Source of the DNA: Dickeya solani IPO 2222
Lineage (GTDB): Bacteria > Pseudomonadota > Gammaproteobacteria > Enterobacterales > Enterobacteriaceae
Assembly (NCBI RefSeq): GCF_001644705.1
Contig: NZ_CP015137.1
Location: forward strand, 150,001-182,000
Direction of reading: 5' to 3'
Length of the DNA stretch: 32,000 bases
Part shown: in pieces, positions 10,357 to 20,435 of the stretch
How positions within the stretch are numbered: position 1 is the stretch's first letter
How the letters are laid out: every line of letters starts with the position of its first letter
The notes under the pieces: generated by a model
What the model was told of the DNA's origin: nothing
Database searches by the model: none
Seen by the model: the letters and a program-made list of their open reading frames with translations, nothing else
Translations under genes and position numbers: made by a program

Positions 10357-10920
10357 TCAGACGCCGGTCTGCAAGCGCTGGCGCACCTGTTCCGCCACCT
10401 GCTGCCAGCCTTTGCCGAGCGCGCCGATCAGCGCGTCATAACCGTCCTCGGCCTGCGGTACCTCAATATTGAACGGCTGGGTGACGACGCGTTTACTGCC
10501 CTGCAGCACCCACTCGCCGCGAATAACCGCTTTGCCGTCAAACCGCCCCTGAAACGCCGTCACATTGACCTGCAGGCTGGACGCGCCATCGCTGGCGGCG
10601 CCGGTCGCGGCGACATGCCAGCCCGGCAGGCCGTTGCGCAGCGACGCCACCAGCGCCTGCTGCAACTGCTGGTCCAACGGGCTGGCCCACAGATTATTGG
10701 CCGCAATGGTGTAACGTACCGCCGAAGTCTGGAACACGATGCCGTTCCCTGCCAGCGAATCCACCAGGGTGACCGGGGCCACCCACAGCTGACGCCCGTC
10801 GGTCGACGCTACCGAGAGACTGGTGCTCTGCGTAGCGGCAGGCAGTTGATAATAGACTTTTTGCGGGCTGCTACAGGCGCCCAGCAGCAACACCAGCCAC
10901 AACGGCCATCGTTTCATCAT
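10357..10920 (-). CDS. pqiC: Intermembrane transport lipoprotein PqiC (YmbA)
   Basis: The 187-aa product has a signal peptide with the lipobox LLLGAC|S. NLWASPLDQQL and GYDALI..LG..W align with recalled E. coli PqiC. Its start overlaps the pqiB stop in ATGA (10917-10920), which suggests translational coupling. Confidence 0.9.
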   Translation of the reverse strand: MMKRWPLWLVLLLGACSSPQKVYYQLPAATQSTSLSVASTDGRQLWVAPVTLVDSLAGNGIVFQTSAVRYTIAANNLWASPLDQQLQQALVASLRNGLPGWHVAATGAASDGASSLQVNVTAFQGRFDGKAVIRGEWVLQGSKRVVTQPFNIEVPQAEDGYDALIGALGKGWQQVAEQVRQRLQTGV

Positions 10921-12542
10921 GGTTTCGCCTTCTTCGGTTGTGGATCACGGGCACCCGGTGCCTCGAAGATCAGAGCATTGCTCTTGTCGTTCAGGGTACG
11001 CAGCAACGGCTGCAATTCGCGTAGCGTCTGATCAAGACGCTGCATATCGACCACCATGCGGTTATACGCCGGCGAACCGGGTTGCACGCCTTGCAGGCTG
11101 CGGTTCAATTCGCGCAGCGTACGCTGCAAGTCCTCCGGCAACTTCTGCATCGCATCGCTGTTGGTCAGCGTGTTGAGCGACGACAGTGTTTTCTGCAGTT
11201 CGCGCAGGGTGGACTGGCCTTCCGCCAGTGTCTTCGTCGCCTGTTCCACCATCGGGTTGAGCGGCAGGTTATTGATTTTATCCAGCACCGACATCAGTTT
11301 CTGTTGGATCTGCGTCAGGCCGCCGTTGACGGTTGGCAACACCGGGTAGCCATCCATCGACGCCAGCGACGTCACGCGGCCTTTTTGCTGCGGATAAAAA
11401 TCCAGATCCACGTACAGCGCGCCAGTCAGCAGATTGGCGGTTTTCATCGACGCCCGCATGCCGGATATCGCGCCCTTGCTCAGTTCCTGTTCCAGATTGA
11501 TCTGGTCGCGCAGCCCTTGTTTCAGCCGGCCCGGTTCGATGCGCACCAGCACCGGGATGCGGTAGTCGCTGTCGAAACTCTGCGGCAGATTGTGCGGGAA
11601 GAACGGCACTTCCGCGACGGTTCCCAGCCGGATACCGCGGAATTCGACCGGCGCGCCTGCCTGCAAGCCGCGTACCGACTCATCGAAAAACAGCAGGTAT
11701 TCTTTGTACTCGGTATAGAGCGAATCTTGAATACTGTTCTGATTGTCAAACAACTGGAATTCGTCGCGCTCATGGGACAGGCTGCCCACTTCCCAACCGG
11801 CAGGCACATCAAAGCTGACGCCGCCGCTTAGCAACGTACTGAGCGACCCCATTTCCACTCGCATCCCCTGCGCAGACAGATTCAGCGCCACGCCGCTGTC
11901 TTTCCAGAAACGAACATTCGCCGTAACCAACTGATCATAGGGCGCGGCGACAAACAGCTGATACTGCATCTTTCTGGCTTTAGGATCAAAGTGGCTGGTT
12001 TCCACCGAGCCGACCCGGTAGCCGCGGAACAGCACCGGATCGCCGGCGGTTAATTGCCCGGACTGCTCGCTGTTGAGAATGATGCGAATCCCTTTAGCGT
12101 CGGGCGACGCCAGCGGCGGTGAATCCAGCAGTTTGAAAGCGCGGCTGTCTTCCTTGTTGGACCCCGGCTGGAGCTCGATGAAGGAGCCGGACAACAGCGT
12201 TCCCAACCCGGAGACGCCTTCGCGGCCTATCTGCGGTTTCACCACCCAGAACGCCGAATCTTTACTCAGTAGTTTATCCATGCCGTCGTTAAGACGCGCC
12301 TTGATTTCCACCTGATGCAGGTCTTCGCTCAGCATCACACTTTCCACAATCCCCACGTTCACGCTGCGGCTCTTGATCGCCGTTTTCCCCGCCTCGATCC
12401 CCTCGGCGTTGCTGGTGGTCAGCGTGATTTCCGGCCCCTGATGACTCACGTGATAAAACAGAATCCAGGCGCCAATCAGCACGGTCACAATCGGTACAAT
12501 CCATACCGGCGACCAGCGTTTGATGCTTTCGATCTGCGCCAT
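10917..12542 (-). CDS. pqiB: Intermembrane transport protein PqiB (multi-MCE domain)
   Basis: The product is collinear with recalled E. coli PqiB (546 aa). Matching strings include WSPVWIVPIVTVLIGAWILFYH, FWVVKPQIGREGVSGLGTLLSG, PVEFRGIRLGTV, LTGALYVDLDFYP and MQRLDQTLRELQP. The track start (12617) lies inside pqiA. I chose ATG 12542, giving MAQIESIKRWSP. An alternative is TTG at 12560, preceded by AGGAGAGG and overlapping the pqiA end. That start would give a length closer to the E. coli protein. Confidence 0.92.
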   Translation of the reverse strand: MAQIESIKRWSPVWIVPIVTVLIGAWILFYHVSHQGPEITLTTSNAEGIEAGKTAIKSRSVNVGIVESVMLSEDLHQVEIKARLNDGMDKLLSKDSAFWVVKPQIGREGVSGLGTLLSGSFIELQPGSNKEDSRAFKLLDSPPLASPDAKGIRIILNSEQSGQLTAGDPVLFRGYRVGSVETSHFDPKARKMQYQLFVAAPYDQLVTANVRFWKDSGVALNLSAQGMRVEMGSLSTLLSGGVSFDVPAGWEVGSLSHERDEFQLFDNQNSIQDSLYTEYKEYLLFFDESVRGLQAGAPVEFRGIRLGTVAEVPFFPHNLPQSFDSDYRIPVLVRIEPGRLKQGLRDQINLEQELSKGAISGMRASMKTANLLTGALYVDLDFYPQQKGRVTSLASMDGYPVLPTVNGGLTQIQQKLMSVLDKINNLPLNPMVEQATKTLAEGQSTLRELQKTLSSLNTLTNSDAMQKLPEDLQRTLRELNRSLQGVQPGSPAYNRMVVDMQRLDQTLRELQPLLRTLNDKSNALIFEAPGARDPQPKKAKP

Positions 12543-12549
12543 GCCTTGA

Positions 12550-13818
12550 TTAGTTTTCGTCAACGGAACGCTCCTCTCCTTGCACGTGATGCCGATCCCA
12601 CAGCAAGCGGGGATCAAAGGTCATTGCGGCAATCATGGTCAGTATGACCACGGTGGCAAACAACACCGCGCCGATGGCCGGATAAATGCTCATCAGTCGG
12701 CCCATACGCACCATCGCCGACAATACGGCGATGACAAAGACATCGATCATCGACCAGCGGCCGACAAACTCCACGACCTCATACACCCGATGCAGCCGCT
12801 CAGTATCGTAACGACGCGAGCCGTACGCACACCAGCACAGCCAGCCCATCGCCAGCATTTTCAGCGTCGGCACCATGATACTGGCGATGAAAATTACCAG
12901 CGCCACCGGCCACGAACCAGAATCCCACAGCAGGATCACGCCGGACATGAGCGTCGAGGTGATGCTATGACCCAGCGCTTCGGTGACCATAATCGGCATC
13001 ACGTTGGCAGGCACGTACAGCAGCACCGACGTCAGCAGCAGCGCCAGCGTCCATTGCAGGCTGTGGCGCCGTCGGGCATGGCCGTGGGTATGGCAGCGCG
13101 GGCAGCGGACCTCATCGGCGGGCAGAATAGCGCTGCAGCAGGTGCAGGCGCGCACGCCTTGATCCAGACCGCTGCGGCCGGTTTCCAGCCCCGCCGGCAT
13201 CGGCGGCGGCGGCGCGACGTCATCCCACAACCAGCGCCGATCGAGACTCTGGAATGCCAGCAGTTGCAACAGACAAAAAACGATATAAGGAACAAAACTG
13301 GCGCCGATACCGATATCGCCATACGACATCAGTTTTACAAAACTGACCAGCACGCCCGCCAGAAAGATCTCCGCCATGCCCCAGCTTTTCAACTGGAATA
13401 GCGTCCTGGTGAACAAACGCCGCACCGAGTCAGGCAACGGTGCGCGCATACATAGCAGCAGAATCATCGCCATTGAGCAGGCCGGCACCAGTTGAGAAAA
13501 CAGCAGAAACAGCGTCGCCATGCTGGCATAGTTTTCCGCCACCATCACCCGCGGGATTTCCAGCAGGGTGATTTCGCTGCGAATACCAGCGACGCTCATC
13601 GATACAAAGGGAAATAACATGGACAACAACAGCATGATCAGCGCGCTGAACGCAAAGCTGGTTGGGCGCCAGCGCGGCTCACGCTGACGGCTGGACAACG
13701 CGGTTTTGCACCGCGGACACACCGCCCGCTGCCCATCCTGCAATGTCGGCAGTTCTACCAGCAAGTCACAGTGCGGACACAGCATATGCTGGTCATAATG
13801 GTGGTGATGAACACACAT
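12550..13818 (-). CDS. pqiA: Paraquat-inducible membrane protein PqiA
   Basis: The track ORF (to 13977) is over-extended. ATG 13818, with AGGAGG 6 nt upstream, gives MCVHHHHYDQHMLCPHCDLLVELP..., which parallels recalled E. coli PqiA (MCEHHHAAKHILCSQCDMLVALP...). Two CxxC...CPRC zinc-ribbon-like pairs and WGMAEIFLAGVLVSFVKLM are conserved. The product is 422 aa. Confidence 0.9.
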   Translation of the reverse strand: MCVHHHHYDQHMLCPHCDLLVELPTLQDGQRAVCPRCKTALSSRQREPRWRPTSFAFSALIMLLLSMLFPFVSMSVAGIRSEITLLEIPRVMVAENYASMATLFLLFSQLVPACSMAMILLLCMRAPLPDSVRRLFTRTLFQLKSWGMAEIFLAGVLVSFVKLMSYGDIGIGASFVPYIVFCLLQLLAFQSLDRRWLWDDVAPPPPMPAGLETGRSGLDQGVRACTCCSAILPADEVRCPRCHTHGHARRRHSLQWTLALLLTSVLLYVPANVMPIMVTEALGHSITSTLMSGVILLWDSGSWPVALVIFIASIMVPTLKMLAMGWLCWCAYGSRRYDTERLHRVYEVVEFVGRWSMIDVFVIAVLSAMVRMGRLMSIYPAIGAVLFATVVILTMIAAMTFDPRLLWDRHHVQGEERSVDEN

Positions 13819-14151
13819 TCGCCGCCTCCTGTGGCCTGCGGATACGAAAAATCGTGACGTTGTTGAGACTGGATTGATGGCGACACAGGCAAGATGGCGG
13901 GCGAGATAAGCCAGCCTGCTTGCAACCACCGTGTCTTTGCAACACCCTGCCCGCACGCCAGGGAGAGGCTCAAACACCGCCCCGCCCTGGCATCGGGCTC
14001 ATGGTTAAACGACTCCCGCTTGACGGTTCACCGGCTGACCCGCGCGGCGCCGGCTTTTGCCGCCGCTGGGCGGCCCATCCGGCGAAAGCGTTCGCCTCAG
14101 CACCGCGTTTACGCCGGAAAACAGCCGTTCCCCATCAACACAGGCAATACC

Positions 14152-16086
14152 TTAGCCATTCTTTTGGGCTTCGAGCGTTTCCCAACGTTCGAAGCAGGTT
14201 TCCAGTTGCCGCTCCGCGTCAGCCAGCGCCGTCAGCACCGGTTGGGTTTCATCATGCGACCGGGAAAAGAACGCCGGATCGTTCATCTGCTGCTGCAGGT
14301 TTTCGATCTCCGCCTCAAGCACTTCAATACGTTGCGGTAACTGTTCCAGTTCACGCTGCTGGTTATAACTGAGCTTGCCGCCGCCGCGTTTAGCTGACTG
14401 TGCGGCCGGCGCATTCTGCGCGTTCTCACTGTCGCGCTTTTCTTTCACTGCCGCGTTTTTTACTGGTAAGGACGTTCGCAACGGCGCAGAGGACGCACGC
14501 TGTTGTTGGGCATCATAATAGCCGCCGACATAGCGGCCAATCAGACCATTCCCTTCAAAAATCCAGCACTCGGTTACCGAGTTATCGACGAACTGACGGT
14601 CATGGCTCACCAGCAGCACCGTGCCCTGATAACTGTCCAGCAACTCTTCCAGCAGCTCCAGCGTTTCCACGTCCAGATCGTTGGTGGGTTCGTCGAGGAT
14701 CAGCAGGTTGCTGGGTTTCAGGAACAACCGGGCCAGCAGCAGACGGTTGCGTTCCCCACCGGACAGCGCTTTTACCGGCGTCATGGCGCGTTTCGGGTGA
14801 AACAGGAAGTCCTGTAGATAACCCAACACATGGCGCGGACGGCCGTTGACCATCACCTCTTGCTTGCCTTCGGCGAGGTTGTCCATCACCGTTCTTTCCG
14901 GATCCAACTCGGCGCGATGTTGATCAAAATACGCCACTTCCAGTTTGGTGCCGCAGTGAACGCGTCCTGACGTCGGCGCCAGTTGCCCCAGCATCAGTTT
15001 CAGCAGTGTAGTCTTGCCGCAGCCGTTCGGCCCGACCAGCGCGATTTTATCGCCGCGCTGCACCTGGGCGGAAAAACCGGACACCAGCGTCTTGCCGTCC
15101 ACCTGGTAATGAACATCTTCCAGTTCAAATACAATCTTGCCGGAGCGGGACGCCTCTTCCACCTGCATTTTGGCGTTGCCCATCACTTCGCGACGTTCGG
15201 CGCGTTCCTGACGCATCGTTTTGAGCGCCCGCACGCGGCCTTCGTTGCGGGTGCGACGGGCCTTGATGCCCTGGCGGATCCACACCTCTTCCTGCGCCAG
15301 CTTGCGGTCGAATTCGGCATTCTGCAGTTCTTCCACCCGCAGCGCCTCTTCTTTACCCAGCAGGTATTTGTCGTAATCGCCAGGCCAGGACACCAGCTTA
15401 CCGCGATCGAGATCGACAATACGGGTCGCCATATTGCGGATAAACGAACGGTCATGGGAAATGAACACGATGCTGCCGGAAAACGTCTTGAGGAAACCTT
15501 CCAGCCAGTCGATGGTATCGATGTCCAGGTGGTTGGTGGGTTCATCCAGCAACAACACCCGCGGCGCGCTGACCAGCGCACGCCCCAGCGCCGCTTTACG
15601 CAACCAGCCGCCGGACAGCGCCGACAGCGGCATGTCCGCCGACAATCCCAACTGCTCCAGCACCTCGTTGATGCGGTCCTCCAGCTTCCACAGCCCCTGA
15701 TGGTCCAGCACTTCCTGAATATTCGCCAGCTGGTTCAGGTTTTTCTCGCTGGGGTCTTCCCCCACCAGCCGCAACGCGACATGGTAAGCCTTCAGGTACT
15801 CGGCCTGCGCCGCCACGCCTTCGGCGACGAAATCAAACACCGTGCCGGCCACATCGCGCGGCGGGTCCTGCTGCAAACGCGCCACAATCAGGTCCTGCTC
15901 GTACACCAGCCGGCCGTCATCCAGCGGTATTTCCTTCGCCAGAATTTTCAGCAACGTGGATTTGCCGGCGCCGTTACGCCCGACCAAACACACGCGCTCG
16001 TTGTCTTCAATATGCAGTTCGGTGTTGTCCAACAGCGGCGCATCGCTGAACGACAGCCAGGCGCCGGATAAGCTGATCAATGACAT
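14152..16086 (-). CDS. uup: ABC-F family ATPase Uup (two ABC cassettes and a C-terminal coiled coil)
   Basis: The 644-aa product begins MSLISLSGAWLSFSDAPLLDNTELHIEDNERVCLVGRNGAGKSTL. A second Walker A GPNGCGKTT, two LSGG signature motifs and two LLLDEPTN/LILDEPTN Walker B motifs are present. It is collinear with recalled E. coli Uup. Confidence 0.96.
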   Translation of the reverse strand: MSLISLSGAWLSFSDAPLLDNTELHIEDNERVCLVGRNGAGKSTLLKILAKEIPLDDGRLVYEQDLIVARLQQDPPRDVAGTVFDFVAEGVAAQAEYLKAYHVALRLVGEDPSEKNLNQLANIQEVLDHQGLWKLEDRINEVLEQLGLSADMPLSALSGGWLRKAALGRALVSAPRVLLLDEPTNHLDIDTIDWLEGFLKTFSGSIVFISHDRSFIRNMATRIVDLDRGKLVSWPGDYDKYLLGKEEALRVEELQNAEFDRKLAQEEVWIRQGIKARRTRNEGRVRALKTMRQERAERREVMGNAKMQVEEASRSGKIVFELEDVHYQVDGKTLVSGFSAQVQRGDKIALVGPNGCGKTTLLKLMLGQLAPTSGRVHCGTKLEVAYFDQHRAELDPERTVMDNLAEGKQEVMVNGRPRHVLGYLQDFLFHPKRAMTPVKALSGGERNRLLLARLFLKPSNLLILDEPTNDLDVETLELLEELLDSYQGTVLLVSHDRQFVDNSVTECWIFEGNGLIGRYVGGYYDAQQQRASSAPLRTSLPVKNAAVKEKRDSENAQNAPAAQSAKRGGGKLSYNQQRELEQLPQRIEVLEAEIENLQQQMNDPAFFSRSHDETQPVLTALADAERQLETCFERWETLEAQKNG

Positions 16087-16091
16087 AGTAG

Positions 16092-18215
16092 TTATTTTTC
16101 CTCGCCGGCGTGTTTCAGCAGCCAGCAGTTGTGAATCTGACGGTTACGGGCGAAATCCTGCGACAAGGTTTGTCCGGTAATTTCCTTCGCCTCCAGTCCC
16201 AGCGCGGCCAGTCCGGCCAGGTCCATCTGGAATCCGCGTTTGTTGTTGGAAAACATAATGGTACCGCCGGGGCGCAGCATACGTTTGAGCTGGGTCATCA
16301 GCATCAGGTGATCACGCTGCACATCGAACGACTCGTCCATCCGCTTGGAGTTGGAGAAGGTCGGCGGATCGATAAAAATCAGGTCAAACTGTTCGTGGGT
16401 TTCACGCATCCACGTCAGACAATCGGCGTGGATCAGCCGGTGCTGGCGGCCAGTCAGGCCGTTGAGGCGCAGGTTCTTCTCCGCCCATTCCAGATAAGTA
16501 CGCGACATGTCCACCGTGGTGGTGGAGCGCGCGCCGCCCAACCCGGCATGCACGCTGGCGCTGCCGGTGTAGGCAAACAGGTTGAGGAAATCCTTGCCTT
16601 GGCTCATCTCGCCTAACATACGGCGGGCGATACGATGATCGAGAAACAGCCCGGTGTCCAGATAGTCGGTCAGGTTGACCCACAGTTTGGCGTTGAACTC
16701 CGATACCTGCAGAAACTCGCCTTTCTCGGCCAGTTTTTCGTATTGGCTATTGCCCTTCTGACGTTCGCGGGTTTTCAGCACCAGATGGCTGGCGGGCAAC
16801 TCCAGCACGCTCAGGGTGGCGTTGATCACATCAAACAACCGCTGGCGGGCTTTCTGGGCATCGATGCTTTTCGGCGGCGCGTACTCCTGAATCACCACCC
16901 GCTCGCCGTAACGGTCCACCGCCACGTTATACTCCGGCAGGTCGGCGTCATACAGGCGATAGCACTCGATACCCTGCTGCGCGGCCCATTTATCCAGCTT
17001 ACGCAGGTTCTTGCGCAGGCGATTGGCGAAATCCTCGGCGAACGTCGCCGCGTTTTCCGCGCCGTTTTTCTTTTCCGCCAGTTGATAATTTTTCTGTACG
17101 CACTCCAGCGGGCCGTTCTTGGCCTTAAACTGGCGATCGGCGCGCAGTTGCAGGCAACTGAGCAGTTCTGGCGAGGCGCTAAACAGCGACAGCTTCCAGC
17201 CGCCAAACTCGCTTTTCATTTTGCGGCCAAGCAGGTTATGCAACGCAATCAGCGCCGGCTCACTCTCCAGTCGCTCGCCGTAAGGCGGGTTGCTGACCAC
17301 CGTGCCTGTCGGCCCCTGCGGCAGCGGATTTTTCAGTTGAGTGGCATCGGTGGATTCAAACCGAATCAGGGAACTGACCCCGGCGCGGCGCGCGTTGCTG
17401 CTGGCGATCTCCACCATGCGACGGTCGACATCGGAACCAAAGAACCGGGAAGACGTAGCTTGCAGGCCGGCCTGGGCACGCTCCTGCGCTTCGGTAGTCA
17501 CGCTTTTCCACAGCGTCGGATCATGTTTCTGCCAGGCCAGGAAACCCCAGTGCTGACGGTGCAAACCGGGCGCCCGATCCGCCGCCATCATGGCCGCTTC
17601 AATCAGCAGCGTGCCGGAGCCGCACATCGGATCCACCATCGGCGTGCCGGTTTCCCAGCCGGATCGCAACACGATCGCCGCCGCCAGATTTTCCTTCAGC
17701 GGCGCCTGCCCAGCCATTTCTCGATAGCCGCGCAGGTGCAGGCTATCACCGCTCAGATCCAGCGCCACGCTGGCTTTCTCGCGTTGCAGAAACACATTAA
17801 TACGGATGTCGGGCTGCTGGCGGGCGACGTCAGGACGCTGACCGGTTTTGCGGCTAAAGCTGTCCACAATGGCATCTTTGACCTTGAGCGCGCCGTACTG
17901 GCTATTGCGAATCTCGTCATTGGTGCCGGTAAAATGCACCGCAAAGGTGTGGTTGACGCTGAATACCGAGCTCCAGTCCACCGCCTGCACGCCCAGATAC
18001 AGGTCCAGATCGCTGTAGACTTTAAACTCGTTGAGCGGCAGCAGGATGCGCGACGCCAGTCGGCTCCACATCAGGCTCTGGTACAGCAGCCGATCGTCTC
18101 CCTGAAAGTGCACTCCGCCCTGCACCACCGTGCACTGCTGCGCGCCCAGCGCTTCAAGTTCACTTTTTAACAATTCTTCCAGACCACGCGCCGTGCTGGC
18201 AAACAGAGAGTTCAT
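16092..18215 (-). CDS. rlmL: Bifunctional 23S rRNA methyltransferase RlmKL (m2G2445 / m7G2069)
   Basis: The 707-aa product begins [61 protein letters not shown], almost identical to the recalled E. coli RlmL N-terminus. It has the THUMP/methylase motif [10 protein letters not shown] and a C-terminal SAM-methyltransferase motif [17 protein letters not shown]. Its stop lies 5 nt before the uup start. Confidence 0.96.
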   Translation of the reverse strand: MNSLFASTARGLEELLKSELEALGAQQCTVVQGGVHFQGDDRLLYQSLMWSRLASRILLPLNEFKVYSDLDLYLGVQAVDWSSVFSVNHTFAVHFTGTNDEIRNSQYGALKVKDAIVDSFSRKTGQRPDVARQQPDIRINVFLQREKASVALDLSGDSLHLRGYREMAGQAPLKENLAAAIVLRSGWETGTPMVDPMCGSGTLLIEAAMMAADRAPGLHRQHWGFLAWQKHDPTLWKSVTTEAQERAQAGLQATSSRFFGSDVDRRMVEIASSNARRAGVSSLIRFESTDATQLKNPLPQGPTGTVVSNPPYGERLESEPALIALHNLLGRKMKSEFGGWKLSLFSASPELLSCLQLRADRQFKAKNGPLECVQKNYQLAEKKNGAENAATFAEDFANRLRKNLRKLDKWAAQQGIECYRLYDADLPEYNVAVDRYGERVVIQEYAPPKSIDAQKARQRLFDVINATLSVLELPASHLVLKTRERQKGNSQYEKLAEKGEFLQVSEFNAKLWVNLTDYLDTGLFLDHRIARRMLGEMSQGKDFLNLFAYTGSASVHAGLGGARSTTTVDMSRTYLEWAEKNLRLNGLTGRQHRLIHADCLTWMRETHEQFDLIFIDPPTFSNSKRMDESFDVQRDHLMLMTQLKRMLRPGGTIMFSNNKRGFQMDLAGLAALGLEAKEITGQTLSQDFARNRQIHNCWLLKHAGEEK

Positions 18216-18226
18216 ATCGCGACTAT

Positions 18227-18258
18227 TACCTTAATGAAGAACTACCTTAATAAAGAAC
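18227..18258. repeat. Tandem 16-nt direct repeat (x2) in the rlmL-ycbX intergenic region
   Basis: TACCTTAATGAAGAAC (18227-18242) is immediately followed by TACCTTAATAAAGAAC (18243-18258), with one mismatch. Confidence 0.7.
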
Positions 18259-18300
18259 GCCCCTTCAAAAAGAAGACGCCTTGGAAAAACGTACTTTAAG

Positions 18301-18338
18301 GAAAACCGGCAGCCTTAACGAAAACCGGCGGCCTTAAA
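18301..18338. repeat. Tandem 19-nt direct repeat (x2) in the rlmL-ycbX intergenic region
   Basis: GAAAACCGGCAGCCTTAAC (18301-18319) is immediately followed by GAAAACCGGCGGCCTTAAA (18320-18338), with two mismatches. It shares the core CCTTAAnGAAAAC with the 16-nt repeat. Confidence 0.7.
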
Positions 18339-18417
18339 GAAAATTGAGGCGCATTATAGCTAATCCCGGCGGCTTGTCATAAAGTTGCCGCTTTACGTCA
18401 GCAAGGAAACCCTCACT

Positions 18418-19521
18418 GTGATCGTGCTAAGTCGGCTTTTTGCTCACCCGGTCAAATCCATGCGCGGTATCCAGTTGTCGCAGGCGATGGTCAGCGCCAG
18501 CGGCCTGGCGTTTGACCGTATCTTCATGATCACCGAGCCCGATGGCACCTTCATTACCGCCCGCCAGTTTCCACAACTGGTGCTGTTCACGCCGGCGCTG
18601 ACCCACGATGGCGTTTTCCTGTCCGCGCCCGACGGCCGGACATGCCTGGTGCGCTTCGACGATTTCGCCCCCGCCACCGCGCCAACCGAAGTCTGGGGCA
18701 ACCATTTTCAGGCCCGGATCGCGCCGGAAACAGTCAACCGCTGGCTGAGCGATTACCTGCAACGCCCGGTGCAACTGCGCTGGCAAGGTCCGGAGCTATC
18801 GCGCCGCGTCAAACGCCGCCCGGACATCCCGCTGGGGTTTGCCGACGGCTACCCTTTCCTGCTGATCAACGACGCCTCCTTCGGCGATCTGCGCCGCCGT
18901 TGCAGCGCAGGCATCCGCATCGAGCAGTTTCGCCCTAACCTGATCGTCAGCGGCGCCGAGGCTTACGCCGAAGACAGCTGGCAGACCTTGCGGGTCGGCG
19001 AAGTGGTGTTCGATGTGGCCAAGCCCTGCAGCCGCTGCGTCCTGACCACGGTGAGCATAGAACGCGGACGCCGTCATCCGTCCGGTGAGCCGCTGGAGAC
19101 GCTGAAGCAATACCGCACGGCGGAAAACGGCGATGTGGATTTCGGCATGAACCTGATAGCCCGCAACAGCGGCATCATTCGCGCCGGCGACAGCGTCGAG
19201 ATTCTATCCACCAAGCCGCCGCGACCCTATGGCGCGGGTGCCAGCACTGAAAGTTTGACGCCGCCAGTCAGCGCCGTCAAAGCGGTGCAAATCGCCTATC
19301 AGGGCCAGCGTTTTACCGGCAACAACCAGCAAATCCTGCTGGAACAGCTGGAACAACAGGGGATCCGCGTTCCCTACTCCTGCCGGGCCGGGTTGTGCGG
19401 TTGCTGTCGACTGACGCTGACCGATGGCGAGGTGTCGCCGCTGAAAACCAGCGCGCGGGGCGAAGACGGAACGATTCTGGCGTGCAGTTGCATTCCGGCA
19501 GGGGATATTCAACTGGCCTGA
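18418..19521 (+). CDS. ycbX: MOSC-domain / 2Fe-2S ferredoxin-domain protein YcbX (N-hydroxylated base analogue detoxification)
   Basis: The product is collinear with recalled E. coli YcbX. Matching strings include [52 protein letters not shown] and the C-terminal ferredoxin motif [11 protein letters not shown]...GTILACSC. The track start is TTG 18385. I prefer GTG 18418 ([15 protein letters not shown]) because it aligns with the E. coli N-terminus MATLIRLFIHPVKSM. The start codon remains uncertain. Confidence 0.9.
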   Translation: MIVLSRLFAHPVKSMRGIQLSQAMVSASGLAFDRIFMITEPDGTFITARQFPQLVLFTPALTHDGVFLSAPDGRTCLVRFDDFAPATAPTEVWGNHFQARIAPETVNRWLSDYLQRPVQLRWQGPELSRRVKRRPDIPLGFADGYPFLLINDASFGDLRRRCSAGIRIEQFRPNLIVSGAEAYAEDSWQTLRVGEVVFDVAKPCSRCVLTTVSIERGRRHPSGEPLETLKQYRTAENGDVDFGMNLIARNSGIIRAGDSVEILSTKPPRPYGAGASTESLTPPVSAVKAVQIAYQGQRFTGNNQQILLEQLEQQGIRVPYSCRAGLCGCCRLTLTDGEVSPLKTSARGEDGTILACSCIPAGDIQLA

Positions 19522-19602
19522 TAACCGCCTGCAAGGTGATGAAATACCGGTGACGTGGTGATAATAGATGCGATGATAATCAATGTATCGCTTCGCCGGG
19601 GT

Positions 19603-20157
19603 TCAGCCGGCGAAAGCGTAATGCGGTGATGCGTCGTCGTTCTTGTCCGCCACGAGACGCAGACGGTCATGCATGATTTTGATGGCATCGCCCAGTTGCA
19701 TGGTCTTGCCGCTGAGCGCCAGTTGCCCCTGCGCCAGCACGCACAGGCTGGCGTTATCACCGGCCTCCACCACCATGAAATTCGCCGCCTCCGGGCGCTC
19801 ATTCAACTGCACGCTAACCTGATCGCCGGTTTGCGGTGATGAATACGCCGCGCCCTGAGCCACAAAGTGCCAGCTTTTCGGCATCATCGGTTTCAGGAAA
19901 CGGTTAGCCACCAGCGCGTTCAACACCAGTTCAGCCTGGACTTCGGCAGGCAACACCAGCGCCTGACATTTCTCCTGATAGGTGAAAAACAGCGCGGCAT
20001 CCTCCACGCAGAATACGCTCGGCGTAAACGCATCCGGCGTCAGCATGGAGGAAGAGAAACGGGAACGGAATACCACGCCGTTGGCCAGATCGAGCATCAG
20101 GCGCGCCTGTTCGGTATCGAAATACCAGCGCCAGCTATCGTCAGGGATTAATTTCAT
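19603..20157 (-). CDS. zapC: Cell-division protein ZapC (FtsZ-ring stabiliser)
   Basis: The 184-aa product begins [34 protein letters not shown]. The recalled E. coli ZapC begins [55 protein letters not shown] and [10 protein letters not shown].DRL are also conserved. Confidence 0.9.
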   Translation of the reverse strand: [184 protein letters not shown]

Positions 20158-20172
20158 CGCATTACCTTTATG

Positions 20173-20297
20173 TATGCCCTACAGATTTCAACGTCCCGGC
20201 AGGCGCGACCGGATGAATCACCAACGGCTTACATCACTAAGCGGCTGGAATGAATAAGAGCAACCAACGCACCTGCAACTCGAATTATTTAGGGTAT
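20173..20297. repeat. Full-length (about 125 bp) ERIC/IRU-like intergenic repeat
   Basis: The central part GATGAATCACCAACGGCTTACAT-CACTAAGCGGCTGGAATGAATAAGAGCAACCAACGCACCTGCAACTCGAA.TAT..AGGGTAT resembles the recalled ERIC consensus (GTGAATCCCCAGGAGCTTACAT AAGTAAGTGACTGGGGTGAGCG AGGAAAGCCAACGCA..TGCAACTTGAAGTATGACGGGTAT). The outer arms form an imperfect palindrome. It lies between the zapC start and the pyrD stop. Confidence 0.6.
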
Positions 20298-20370
20298 TAC
20301 GCTATTCGCCGGGTAATACCGTATTAAAAATAACCCATCAGGCACGACTCTGACGTATTTTTACACAAAC

Positions 20371-20417
20371 GATGAAAATATAGACCAGCGCGGAGGAGAA
20401 ATAAACCCCCAGCGCTG
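20371..20417 (-). terminator. Probable Rho-independent terminator of pyrD
   Basis: On the minus strand CAGCGCTGGGGG pairs with TCCTCCGCGCTG. The stem is 12 bp with one mismatch and two G-U pairs, and the loop is TTTATTTC (stem 20386-20417). GTCTATATTTTCATC follows. It starts 19 nt after the pyrD stop. Confidence 0.5.
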
Positions 20418-20435
20418 TATAACAGGAATGAAAAG

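Noticed and set aside
13819-14372. The 333-bp uup-pqiA spacer: 148/150-aa + strand ORFs and a TTGCAAC...TTGCAAC direct repeat (13920-13926 and 13937-13943)
   Set aside because: The ORFs are P/R/A-rich shadows that run into the antisense of uup. The 7-nt repeat is too short to distinguish from chance, and I could not recognise a SoxS/MarA box with confidence.
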